Sequence record: LC680884.1
Length of the DNA stretch: 64,000 bases
Strand: one strand, 5' to 3'
Below, piece by piece: positions 48,585 to 58,084 of this stretch. A program made the translations under genes and the position numbers. Under the pieces are notes generated by a model that was not told the origin of the DNA, made no database searches, and saw only the letters and a program-made list of their open reading frames with translations. How positions within the stretch are numbered: the stretch's first letter is position 1; each line of letters opens with the position of its first letter.

Positions 48585-49835
48585 TTATAGATTCTCTAAT
48601 AATTCAATAGCTTCTAAGTCTTTTATCCTCTTAAAACTATCTTTAAATTTTGGATTATCTTCATATAAATGCTTATAGTGTTCATAACCAAGATAATTTT
48701 GGACTTCTTTAAGTGATAATATTTTTTCAGCTCTAGCTAAATCATTTTGATTGCAATGTTTTTCAAAATATTCTATCATTAATAATAGCGCTTTAAATTG
48801 TGATTCTCTCAATTTTGCACTAAAATATTGAGAACCTTTTAAGGTTTTATATTTTGATAATGGATGTTTGTTCCTAGAAGTTACTTTATATTTTGATTTT
48901 ATTCTTTTAATAATTGTAACTTGTCTTATATCTTTAATATCAATTAGCTGAAAATATACACTTGCTGTAGATTTAGTTTTAATTTCAATATTAGATATTA
49001 TCGGTAATCTTGTTTTTGCATCTTGTAATAGTTCATCAAAATATTTATCTATATTATCAAAATTTTCAAGCTCTCTATCATTATTTAAAAGAACATAGTC
49101 TTTCATTAATGCAATACCAAATTGATTATTAACAATATCTTTAATAAAAGGCATATAGTATAAGTCAAGATCTAATCTATTCAATTTAGAATCTAGCTCC
49201 AAATCATGAGAGCAGATATTAAATAATGTATATGGTGGTTTAAAAGCTTTAGCAGGTCTTGCATTAATTACATATTCCCTAGTATAACTATTCCTAAGAA
49301 TTCTATCACTTAACACTCTAGTTGAAATGTGTAAATACTCAGATATGTCTTTAAATACTTCTCTAGCATTTAAAGAATTATCAATACCAGGTAATTTATG
49401 CATTTTATTATATTGACTTTGCATCCACCTAAATAATTCAAGATTTCTTTCCTTTGATGTATTATTACCTAAAAATACTTCATAACCTTCATCCATCAAT
49501 TTATTTATTAATTCACTTATAATGAGTACTTTAATTATTGTATTAATTTCAGGTGGATTTGTCCAACCCCAATGTTTCTGATATACCATGAGATTAGGTT
49601 CAACAATTATTTTATTATTATTATTATCAATTCTTATTCCACGGGCAGTAAGACTATATTTAAATAAATATTCACTTTTATTAGATTCATTTAATATATA
49701 ATTATAATAATCTAATAATTTTCTATCTAAAATATATTTAGCACTATCTTCACTCAAATAAAGTTGATTATTTCTAATGTTAATTTTATACTGTTTTAAT
49801 CTTTCTTCAATTTTAATCATATTTATCCCCCTCAA
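48585..49835 (-). CDS. paralog array D, member (416 aa)
   Basis: LNRLDLDLYYMPF, DKYFDEL, YFSAKLRE, YEDNPKFKDSFKR, ends IELLENL. Confidence 0.8.
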   Translation of the reverse strand: MRGINMIKIEERLKQYKINIRNNQLYLSEDSAKYILDRKLLDYYNYILNESNKSEYLFKYSLTARGIRIDNNNNKIIVEPNLMVYQKHWGWTNPPEINTIIKVLIISELINKLMDEGYEVFLGNNTSKERNLELFRWMQSQYNKMHKLPGIDNSLNAREVFKDISEYLHISTRVLSDRILRNSYTREYVINARPAKAFKPPYTLFNICSHDLELDSKLNRLDLDLYYMPFIKDIVNNQFGIALMKDYVLLNNDRELENFDNIDKYFDELLQDAKTRLPIISNIEIKTKSTASVYFQLIDIKDIRQVTIIKRIKSKYKVTSRNKHPLSKYKTLKGSQYFSAKLRESQFKALLLMIEYFEKHCNQNDLARAEKILSLKEVQNYLGYEHYKHLYEDNPKFKDSFKRIKDLEAIELLENL

Positions 49836-51064
49836 ATAGAATCTAATATTCTTAATGCTTCATATTGTCTAACTCTTTTTAAACTATTTTTGAATTGTGG
49901 ATTATTAAGATATAATTCTGGATAAACATTATAACCAATATAATTTTGTATTTCATTAGTAGCTAATGTCTTTTCCATTTTCTCTAAAAATGAGTTTTGA
50001 TTTAAAGTTTCAAAATGTTTTATTAAGATTGTAATAACTTTAAATAAAGATTCCCTCAGTTTACTATCAAAATAATCAATACCATAAACGCCTTTTTTAT
50101 TTCTTTTTTTGTTTAAAGGATGTTGATTAGAGGGAGAAAAATTTAATTTTGTTTTAATAAAATTAGCTTCATAAGTAAGACTAAATGCTATATTATAATA
50201 TGGACCACGACTACGAGTTGACAAATTCTCAAATAATTTTGATGGATCTGATTCTAATCTTTTTAAAAAATCATTTACTAACTCATCAAAATACTTATCA
50301 ATCTTATCTTTAGATTCAAATTTTTGATCCTTATTTAAAATAATATAATCTAATAATAAACCTGAAATATTAGAATTTCCAAAGTTAACATTAGTGAATG
50401 GAACATAAAAAAGATTTAAATCAGGACGATATAAATTTATTTTTTCATTATTTATATCGCTAAAATATCTATAAACTGGATTTGAAATAAATCTATTATT
50501 AGTACAATAATCTAGGTTATAACATCTTTTAACAACTTTAGATCTAATTATAGATACACGCATGTCAATATAGTATTCTAGTGTTGCGTCATCATTATCA
50601 TTAAATAAATCATTACTTTGATACTTAATGATATTATTTAAATTTTCTTCAATTAGATTCTCACTCATACAATATGAGTTTAAGACATAATTACGAAATA
50701 AATTATTACCAAATGACAAAGGAAAATTATAGTCTAATAATTTTTCTGTTACAGAGAGAAATATAAGAATCTCCATATATTCTAAATTAGAATATTCTGT
50801 TTGTATAGATAATTTTTCAATATCTATTATTATTATTTTATTATCAATTAACTTAAATAAGTGTAGCTTAAATATATGTTGCCCTGAATCAGTTTGATAA
50901 AGAGTGAAAGGAGTATTTAATCTCTCTATAATAAGTCTTTCATGATATGGGATAAGTTTTTCTTCTGCATCCTTAGTCATATATAAATTATAACTATTTT
51001 TTGAAGAAGTTTCATCCTTTTTTAATACAATTCCTAATTTTTCTAATTCTTTTTTTATATCCAT
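49832..51064 (-). CDS. paralog array D, member (410 aa)
   Basis: LYRPDLNLFYVPF, DKYFDEL, YFDSKLRE, YLNNPQFKNSLKR, ends LRILDSI. Confidence 0.8.
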   Translation of the reverse strand: MDIKKELEKLGIVLKKDETSSKNSYNLYMTKDAEEKLIPYHERLIIERLNTPFTLYQTDSGQHIFKLHLFKLIDNKIIIIDIEKLSIQTEYSNLEYMEILIFLSVTEKLLDYNFPLSFGNNLFRNYVLNSYCMSENLIEENLNNIIKYQSNDLFNDNDDATLEYYIDMRVSIIRSKVVKRCYNLDYCTNNRFISNPVYRYFSDINNEKINLYRPDLNLFYVPFTNVNFGNSNISGLLLDYIILNKDQKFESKDKIDKYFDELVNDFLKRLESDPSKLFENLSTRSRGPYYNIAFSLTYEANFIKTKLNFSPSNQHPLNKKRNKKGVYGIDYFDSKLRESLFKVITILIKHFETLNQNSFLEKMEKTLATNEIQNYIGYNVYPELYLNNPQFKNSLKRVRQYEALRILDSI

Positions 51065-51356
51065 TTCTCATCCTCCATATTTATAATGATTCCATTATAT
51101 TAATTGCCTCATATTCTTTAATTTTCTTCATACTTCTAGAAAACTCATTACTATTAATTATATCTTTGACCTCTTTAGATTCATCAAAAATAAATATTCC
51201 TTGTGAATCAAAGTCAAAACCTAATTCAATTAATTTTTGAGTATCTGTCATAAATAGTCCGCCTAGTATTATTTCTCAAATTATTTAGTATCAAAAGTAT
51301 AATATATATTTTTAAATTTTTTTAAACATAATAATATAGCTAGAAGGGGTGGTAAT

Positions 51357-51803
51357 ATGGGTAAAATAATCGCAGAACATATTGATAGAACTACATTAAA
51401 AGAAAGTGTTTTAATTCCTGAACATGAAGAAAGAAAAGAATCATCTACGTTTAGAAAATCTAAAAAAAGATTAAAAGAAGATGGTCATTATAAGTGTTGG
51501 ATATGTGAAAACACTGAACATTTAGAAGTTCATCATTTCCTATGTAGTTGGTCTATGCAAAATGTCTGTGACTATGATAAATTAAAAGAACTCGTAGAGT
51601 TGTTTGATATTTACGGATATGGAAAAAAATTAAATGAAGTACCTATTACAACTGTAGATGATATTAGAAATTTAATTGTATTATGTTTAAAACATCATAG
51701 ACAAACTTTTACTGGTATTCATGAACTTACTTTTCCTACTTGGATATTACAAAAAGTGACTAAGACTGACAGAGAAGTAGTTATTGACGAAGATGCAGTA
51801 TAA
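51357..51803 (+). CDS. HNH-type nuclease-like protein, opposite orientation inside array D
   Basis: CWIC...LEVHH ... NLIVLCLKHH...GIH; late motif at 51325. Confidence 0.7.
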   Translation: MGKIIAEHIDRTTLKESVLIPEHEERKESSTFRKSKKRLKEDGHYKCWICENTEHLEVHHFLCSWSMQNVCDYDKLKELVELFDIYGYGKKLNEVPITTVDDIRNLIVLCLKHHRQTFTGIHELTFPTWILQKVTKTDREVVIDEDAV

Positions 51804-51810
51804 AAATTAT

Positions 51811-51844
51811 TAGAATGATATCCTATAAAAAGGATATCATTCTA
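51811..51844. terminator. bidirectional terminator
   Basis: TAGAATGATATCCT/AGGATATCATTCTA between convergent genes. Confidence 0.75.
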
Positions 51845-51846
51845 AA

Positions 51847-53010
51847 TTAAAGTTGTTCTAAGAGTTCTTCTGCTTCATATCTAGATATTCTTTCTCTGCT
51901 TTTAGCAAATTTATCATCATTCAAATAACTTATTCGAATATCATCATATTCATAATAACCAATATAATTCTTAAATATTTTTAAAGAAAATGCTTTTTCA
52001 ATTGATTCTAATTGTTTCTCCAAATTTTCTTTTTCAAAATATTCAATCATAAAGAGTATTATTTTAAAAATTGTTTCCCTAAATTTTCCCTCAAAATAAT
52101 TCTCTTTTTTCCCAAAGAATCTTGCTCTAGAAGTTGATAATTGTTTATTTATTTTATTTTTTCTAGTTTTAGTAACTTTTCCTCTAATTAATTGAATCAA
52201 ATGAATATAAAATGAATTTAGATTATGTTTATATACTCTTTGTTCTTTAACAACCGTTAATCTCTTTTTAGTGTCTTCTAGAATATCATTAAAATATTCA
52301 TTAATTAATTCTTCTTTTTCTAATTTTGGATCATTAAATAATAATCTATAATCTTGCATTAAAGTTATAGATGCTGAGTTTGTCTTAAAATCCTTAATTA
52401 AAGGAAAATAAAGAATATCTAAATCCGGTCTAGTTAAGTTTAACTTAGATTCATGTATTGTGGGTTTACTAAATACTGATTGATCAGCCGATCTATAACC
52501 ATCATCTATAGGTGATTTATCAAGAGATCTCTTGATAAATTCATGATCATAAATATAACTTGCTAACTCATATTCAACACTATTAATAACACTACCCATT
52601 GTTAATAATGTTGAATAATCTTCATCATCTGGAAATACTCTTAATCCTGATTTTAATAAGATCATTTGATCTAATTTATCTGAAATGATATCTAAAGTAA
52701 TATGATCACTATCTATTAATCTCTTAACAATACTACTAACAACATAATTAGCAAATTCAGTATGATTAAAATGAAAATAACTATTAATTGCTTGATTTTT
52801 CTTATAAGACCAAACATTAAATATTATGAATGATGCATCAAAGTATACAGTATCATTTTCTACAAAAAGAAATTTTCTTTCTTTATTTATATCATTTAGC
52901 ATACTAACTATACATTCATTGCTAACTAGATCATTATCCTCCATTATAATTATATTATTATCTTCATCAACGTCTAATAATAATTCCTTTAAAGATTCAA
53001 TAATACTCAA
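51847..53010 (-). CDS. paralog array D, member (387 aa)
   Basis: LTRPDLDILYFPL, YFEGKFRE, YIGY, KF.KS.ERI, ends EELLEQL. Confidence 0.8.
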   Translation of the reverse strand: MSIIESLKELLLDVDEDNNIIIMEDNDLVSNECIVSMLNDINKERKFLFVENDTVYFDASFIIFNVWSYKKNQAINSYFHFNHTEFANYVVSSIVKRLIDSDHITLDIISDKLDQMILLKSGLRVFPDDEDYSTLLTMGSVINSVEYELASYIYDHEFIKRSLDKSPIDDGYRSADQSVFSKPTIHESKLNLTRPDLDILYFPLIKDFKTNSASITLMQDYRLLFNDPKLEKEELINEYFNDILEDTKKRLTVVKEQRVYKHNLNSFYIHLIQLIRGKVTKTRKNKINKQLSTSRARFFGKKENYFEGKFRETIFKIILFMIEYFEKENLEKQLESIEKAFSLKIFKNYIGYYEYDDIRISYLNDDKFAKSRERISRYEAEELLEQL

Positions 53011-53022
53011 TATAATAACCTC

Positions 53023-53157
53023 CTACAATGATTCTAATTTATCAATTGCATTATATTCTATTATTCTTCTTTCACTTTCTTCATTCTGCCAGTCTAATTT
53101 TCCTTTAAAGTGTAAATAATTCTTAAATTCATCATTTGCTAAGAATTTTTCAATCAT
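53023..53157 (-). CDS. 44-aa mini-member of array D (C-terminal tag only), not in ORF track
   Basis: MIEKFLANDEFKNYLHFKGKLDWQNEESERRIIEYNAIDKLESL; AAGGAG RBS. Confidence 0.65.
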   Translation of the reverse strand: MIEKFLANDEFKNYLHFKGKLDWQNEESERRIIEYNAIDKLESL

Positions 53158-53174
53158 ATTAGCTTTTCTCCTTA

Positions 53175-53371
53175 TTATAAAGAATCAATTAAAGATATTG
53201 CTCTATACTCTTTTATTCGTTCTATACTGTCTTTATGATCTTTTTCATAATACTCACTAAAAATATCATAAATTGAGTTTTATTAATATCTATATGATAT
53301 CTATTATTTCTTAAAATTAAATGTACGTTCTTATATGATTTTTGATAGTACTCTTTAAAATCCTTTATCAA
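53175..53371 (-). pseudogene. frameshifted mini-member of array D
   Basis: GGAGG then TTG start at 53371; one extra A near 53280 would give ...INKNSIYDIFSEYYEKDHKDSIERIKEYRAISLIDSL. Confidence 0.55.
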
Positions 53372-53383
53372 AAAAATTACCTC

Positions 53384-54082
53384 CTATAATTTATTTAATA
53401 TATTCATAGCTTCATAATTTTTTACTCTTTTTAGACTATTTTTAAACTTAGGATCATTTTCGTATAAATACCAATTTTCTTCATAGTTAATATAAGTTCT
53501 TAAATTTTCTAATAGAAAATATCTTTCTACTGATTCGAGATATGTAAATAACTTATTATTCTCTAAATACTCAATCATATATAGAATTGCTTTAAACATT
53601 AATTTTCTAAAATTCTCTTTAAATAGATCTGTAGAGTAATAAATAGCATTCTCCCTAGCAAAAGCATAACAATAAGTTAAACTATTAAATGTATTTTTAC
53701 AATCATCACTGTATTCAGTCAATAAATAACTCAATCTAAAGTTTCCATAATCTCTATATGAATTAAAACCACCTTCTAATTCTTCAATGAATTTAGGAAA
53801 TTTTCTTTTAAATGTTTCTAATAAACTTTCAAAGTATCCTTCTAGTAGTTCTTCTTCTGAATAGATGTCATTAAGTCTTCGATAAGAATCACCTATTTCT
53901 ATTTTTTTATAATTATCTTGATCAATTAGAGTTATTATATTACAATATTCAGAATAAAGTGATCTAACAGCTAAATGTCCGTGGTGTATATCAAAATTCT
54001 TAACAAAAGGAAAATCAATAATATTTGTATTCTTTTTTAATATATTTTTATCCATCCAGTTAATTTTTATTTCCTTACTCAT
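53384..54082 (-). CDS. paralog array D, core-domain-only member (232 aa)
   Basis: FPFVK.F, YFESL, FRKLMF, YENDPKFKNSLKR, ends MNILNKL. Confidence 0.8.
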   Translation of the reverse strand: MSKEIKINWMDKNILKKNTNIIDFPFVKNFDIHHGHLAVRSLYSEYCNIITLIDQDNYKKIEIGDSYRRLNDIYSEEELLEGYFESLLETFKRKFPKFIEELEGGFNSYRDYGNFRLSYLLTEYSDDCKNTFNSLTYCYAFARENAIYYSTDLFKENFRKLMFKAILYMIEYLENNKLFTYLESVERYFLLENLRTYINYEENWYLYENDPKFKNSLKRVKNYEAMNILNKL

Positions 54083-54181
54083 TTTTATCCTCCTTATAAT
54101 GCAAAACCACTACTAAGCTCTTTTAAAAAAGGATAAGTGATAATAGTGTCATTATCACTTACCATTCCATTAGTTAGCCAA

Positions 54182-55597
54182 TTATTCATTCTTATCCTCC
54201 TTATAATTATTACGTCTTACTTTACCATATGGTTTTCGAACGGATAAGTTATTTCCTCTTGTAATAATCCATAACATTTGACAATTTGGTTTTTCTAGTA
54301 ATTCATATTCACCAAAGCCATCAGTAAAGACTACTAGTACATCTGTTTTTGGTAAATTCTTATTTACATAGCTAATAACAGGTGAAAATTCTGTACCACC
54401 ATTTTTGTCTCTTTTAAATTTAATATCATTCTTTTTTCTAACATCATAGACAGTTCCAACCTCTGAATCAAAATGAATGATAGTAACAGTTGATTTCTTC
54501 CCTTTTAATAAACCAATTACTTCATTAAGTGACCATGCTAATTCCTCATTTGACATTGATCCTGACATATCTAATGCAACTGCAACCTTACATTCTCTGT
54601 CCGAGATCCTTCCTAGAACATCAGGTCTATCAGGTTGTCTTCTACTTCTACGCATAGGAGTTCTCTTAAATGGAACTTTTAAACCACCAATCATATTCTT
54701 AAAAATTTTCTGCCATGCAATTTCTTGCTTACCTAATAATGATTGTAAGATACCTTCCATATTATTAGGAAGATTACCTCTATTTCTATTTTTAATATCT
54801 TGAAGAATATCTTTTAATTTCTCTGACATCTCTTTCTCTACTGTTTTACTAGATTCAATTTCATCCCATTTATCATGAGCATGATTTCTTGATTGTGATA
54901 ATCTTTTTTCTTTACCACTTTCGGTTAGATTTCCATCAGAATCAACATCATTATCATTTAATTCATTAGGATCTTTTGAACTTTGACCATTAGATTTATT
55001 ATTTTTATTGGCTTTCTTACTCTTTAATAATAATTCTAGATAATATTCAAAATTTGCCTTAGATCTAATATTCTTTACTCCGGTCATTTCTTTAACTGAT
55101 TTAAGTGTAATTGCACCATTAGGTAAATTTTTAATAAACTGATTAATTGCACAATCCATTGCAATATTAACTTTTTGCATGTCAAGTTTATTATATTTAG
55201 TGGATAAAACTTTGTGTCTATAGATATGGCTATTTGCAACATGAAGTAATTCATGCATTAGTACAGCAACGATCTCATCTTGTTCAAATAAGAATAATTT
55301 ATATGGATTTAATAATAACACGAATGTCATTCTATTATCATCATAATATACTGCGGCAGGAGCAAAATACTGATCGTGAATAATAGTTCTTTTAACAGAA
55401 GACAAAAAATAAGCATAGAATCTACTATCTCCATCCCGATCATTTAAGATCAGGGAAGTAGTTAATAGAGAGAAATATCTCTCTATTAACTTTTGATTAT
55501 TTTCTGAGACTTGAACTGAAGGAGCATCTGCTTTAATATATACTGATTTTAGATACTCATAAATTTCATTTTTATTATCACTATTAAGAATAGACAT
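54182..55597 (-). CDS. metallopeptidase-vWA protein (DUF2201-like)
   Basis: VLMHELLH, NIAMDCAIN; polar linker; VALDMSGSM, GGTEF, VFTDG. Confidence 0.88.
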   Translation of the reverse strand: MSILNSDNKNEIYEYLKSVYIKADAPSVQVSENNQKLIERYFSLLTTSLILNDRDGDSRFYAYFLSSVKRTIIHDQYFAPAAVYYDDNRMTFVLLLNPYKLFLFEQDEIVAVLMHELLHVANSHIYRHKVLSTKYNKLDMQKVNIAMDCAINQFIKNLPNGAITLKSVKEMTGVKNIRSKANFEYYLELLLKSKKANKNNKSNGQSSKDPNELNDNDVDSDGNLTESGKEKRLSQSRNHAHDKWDEIESSKTVEKEMSEKLKDILQDIKNRNRGNLPNNMEGILQSLLGKQEIAWQKIFKNMIGGLKVPFKRTPMRRSRRQPDRPDVLGRISDRECKVAVALDMSGSMSNEELAWSLNEVIGLLKGKKSTVTIIHFDSEVGTVYDVRKKNDIKFKRDKNGGTEFSPVISYVNKNLPKTDVLVVFTDGFGEYELLEKPNCQMLWIITRGNNLSVRKPYGKVRRNNYKEDKNE

Positions 55598-55622
55598 TTT
55601 TACTTCCCCTTTTACATCTCTA

Positions 55623-56852
55623 TTATTTTAAATTTTGAATGATATTAACAAACTTTTGAATAAAAGTTTGATTAGTTTTTAAAATTTCAAAAATAGAACT
55701 AATGTTATCATTAGGATTTCTCTTAATCTCACTAATTGCCATCATTAGCAGTTCTTCAGGAATAATATCAAGATAAGTAATAAAGTTATTTAACTCTTTT
55801 TCTTTAAATTTATCGATATTATTACCAATATGAATATATACATAGCGAGTTAATAGATTTTGTCTTGCCATAGTTTCATTTTTAATTTTTTCGATTAGCT
55901 TTGTATCTTTAGATAAATCTTTATTATTAATAATAGTCTTTGGATTAATCATTGGTTTAGAATTTTCTTCAATAAAGCTTCTAAATGCAATAGCAGTATT
56001 TTTCCCAAGATTTCCTTCTACTACTCCCCAGAAAGCTCTTTTATTATCACTGTCTTCCATATCATAATTCTCTTCAAAATATCTATACGCATCAGAAGTT
56101 CTTTCCCAAGCACGAGGAGTTGGATTTTTACCTTCATTTTCAGCATTAATGATATGTAACTGAAGAGGATCATTTGTGATAAATTCAATAATATTCTTGT
56201 GGATCATAGAATCTGTCTTAATTAGATTGTCATCATTATCATAAAATGATACTTGTTGTAATGCCCATTTAATCCATTCATCAGAGTCTACTTCTAAATG
56301 AAGATCAGTAAAACGATCTCTTAAAGCATAGTTCATAGTATTTACTTGATAGTCAATTCCATCATCATCTTCAGAATCTGGATTTCCTGCCGCAATCATA
56401 ATAGTATTTTCTGGTAATGGATTTCCATTAATTTGCTTCGTAAGAATTAATTGCATTAACTCTTGTTGTACTGCAATATCAGAACGGTTTAATTCATCTA
56501 AGAATAATAGTGGGATTTTACCTGCCTCATTTGCTTCCCATAGTTTTCTAATTGCAGTATGAATAGTATATGTTGTTACATTTAATTCTTCTCCGCTATA
56601 GTTTTTAGTGACATTAATTGGCATACCAGTTAATTCACCTTCTTTAAGGACAGAACCAAATAACTCAACATATACTACATCTTTATTTTCTCTTTCTTGA
56701 ATTAAATCTGCATAGATTTTTGCAATACTTGATTTTCCAATACCACTGTGACCCATAACCATAGGCACTGAACCTGATTGAACTGTAATATCGATTGCTT
56801 TGATTAGATTTGACATTTTCATAATAATTTCTCTCTCCATTTCTATTCCCAA
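55623..56852 (-). CDS. MoxR-like AAA+ ATPase
   Basis: GHSGIGKS, LFLDELNR, AAGNP, ALRDRF, TPRAWE. Confidence 0.88.
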   Translation of the reverse strand: MGIEMEREIIMKMSNLIKAIDITVQSGSVPMVMGHSGIGKSSIAKIYADLIQERENKDVVYVELFGSVLKEGELTGMPINVTKNYSGEELNVTTYTIHTAIRKLWEANEAGKIPLLFLDELNRSDIAVQQELMQLILTKQINGNPLPENTIMIAAGNPDSEDDDGIDYQVNTMNYALRDRFTDLHLEVDSDEWIKWALQQVSFYDNDDNLIKTDSMIHKNIIEFITNDPLQLHIINAENEGKNPTPRAWERTSDAYRYFEENYDMEDSDNKRAFWGVVEGNLGKNTAIAFRSFIEENSKPMINPKTIINNKDLSKDTKLIEKIKNETMARQNLLTRYVYIHIGNNIDKFKEKELNNFITYLDIIPEELLMMAISEIKRNPNDNISSIFEILKTNQTFIQKFVNIIQNLK

Positions 56853-56896
56853 TTATTTATCTAGTTTATTACATTTTTATAATATAAACTTTAAAG

Positions 56897-57691
56897 TTAT
56901 TTTAATTTCTTCTTATTATATTCTAATTTATATTTAATAATTAAATTCCTTATATATGTTTTTGTAATTCCTAATGGTTCAGCTAATTGAGCTTGAGTCC
57001 AGTCAGGATGCTCTTTAATTAATTCTCTTAATTTTTCAACCATATATTCTTCTCTAATTTCTTTTTGATTGATGTTATTTCTTACTAGTATAGAATTAAT
57101 TGTATTTGGAAGAGCTAGGAAATGATCAGCTATTTGTTTTTGTGTCCAGTCAGGATGTTCTTTAATTACATCCAATAAATCATCTTTAGTTATAGTTTTT
57201 AATTTATAATTTAGATTATATTCATTAATTAATCTTTTTACTAATAGATCAGCTATTTCTTTTTGATTTAATTTATTATTATTCTTAATTACTGAAAATA
57301 ATAAATCTGCCATAATTTCTTCATTCATAAAATATTGTGAAATTAAATTTTTTTCCATAAATTTATTCCTGCTTTGATTTCCTTTTTTAACATATATTAT
57401 ATCATACTTTTTTATTAACCTACCGATATAGGATTCTACAACTCCTAAATGATCAGCTATTTGTTTTTGTGTCCAATCAGGGTGTTCATTAATAATTTCA
57501 ATTAATTTTTCTTTTGAAATAATTATTTTTTTATTCTTCTTTTTTATAGTATAATCAATATTATATTTTTTTATTAATTGTCCAATATAAGATATAGATA
57601 AATTTAAATGATCAGCTATTTGTTTTTGCGACCAATCAGGATTTTCTTTAATTATTTTTTCTAATATTTCTTTATTAATCTTTTTACCCAT
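56897..57691 (-). CDS. tandem helix-turn-helix repeat protein (5 units)
   Basis: IxEHPDWTQKQIADHL repeats; 23-bp DNA repeat AAATGATCAGCTATTTGTTTTTG at 57120, 57447, 57606. Confidence 0.8.
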   Translation of the reverse strand: MGKKINKEILEKIIKENPDWSQKQIADHLNLSISYIGQLIKKYNIDYTIKKKNKKIIISKEKLIEIINEHPDWTQKQIADHLGVVESYIGRLIKKYDIIYVKKGNQSRNKFMEKNLISQYFMNEEIMADLLFSVIKNNNKLNQKEIADLLVKRLINEYNLNYKLKTITKDDLLDVIKEHPDWTQKQIADHFLALPNTINSILVRNNINQKEIREEYMVEKLRELIKEHPDWTQAQLAEPLGITKTYIRNLIIKYKLEYNKKKLK

Positions 57692-57708
57692 TATTATTCT
57701 TTCTCCTT

Positions 57709-58071
57709 TTATAAATCATAGGCAGTTATATTCCATGCATTTCCAAATTCAAAATAGTAACCATATTTTTTAAAAATACTTTTAATTGTATTATAAGTAG
57801 TAAAGTCATTATCATTATCACCGAAGTTCATAGGATAATATAGATTTCCTTCAAAACTCATTGAAACAGTTTTATTATTTGCAGTCGGAAAATATTCTGT
57901 TGGTCTAATATTATTAATTAAAATTGGTTCTTTACTAGAACTATACCAGTCATATGCTTTATTATTAAAGTAGATTCGAACATTCGTAAATTCATTTTTA
58001 ATAATAAAGTCTCTTAACTCATTTGCAAGTTGTTCATTTTTATTATATCTCTTATTATATCTTTTATTCAT
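57709..58071 (-). CDS. hypothetical protein
   Basis: 120 aa. Confidence 0.7.
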   Translation of the reverse strand: MNKRYNKRYNKNEQLANELRDFIIKNEFTNVRIYFNNKAYDWYSSSKEPILINNIRPTEYFPTANNKTVSMSFEGNLYYPMNFGDNDNDFTTYNTIKSIFKKYGYYFEFGNAWNITAYDL

Positions 58072-58084
58072 AATTAAAATCCCC

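Noticed and set aside
53270-53290. Programmed -1 ribosomal frameshift in the mini-member
   Set aside because: No canonical X-XXY-YYZ slippery heptamer; a 1-nt indel or sequencing error is more parsimonious.
56897-57691. CRISPR-like or iteron repeats
   Set aside because: Repeats are in-frame coding units of an HTH-repeat protein with no unique spacers of constant length.
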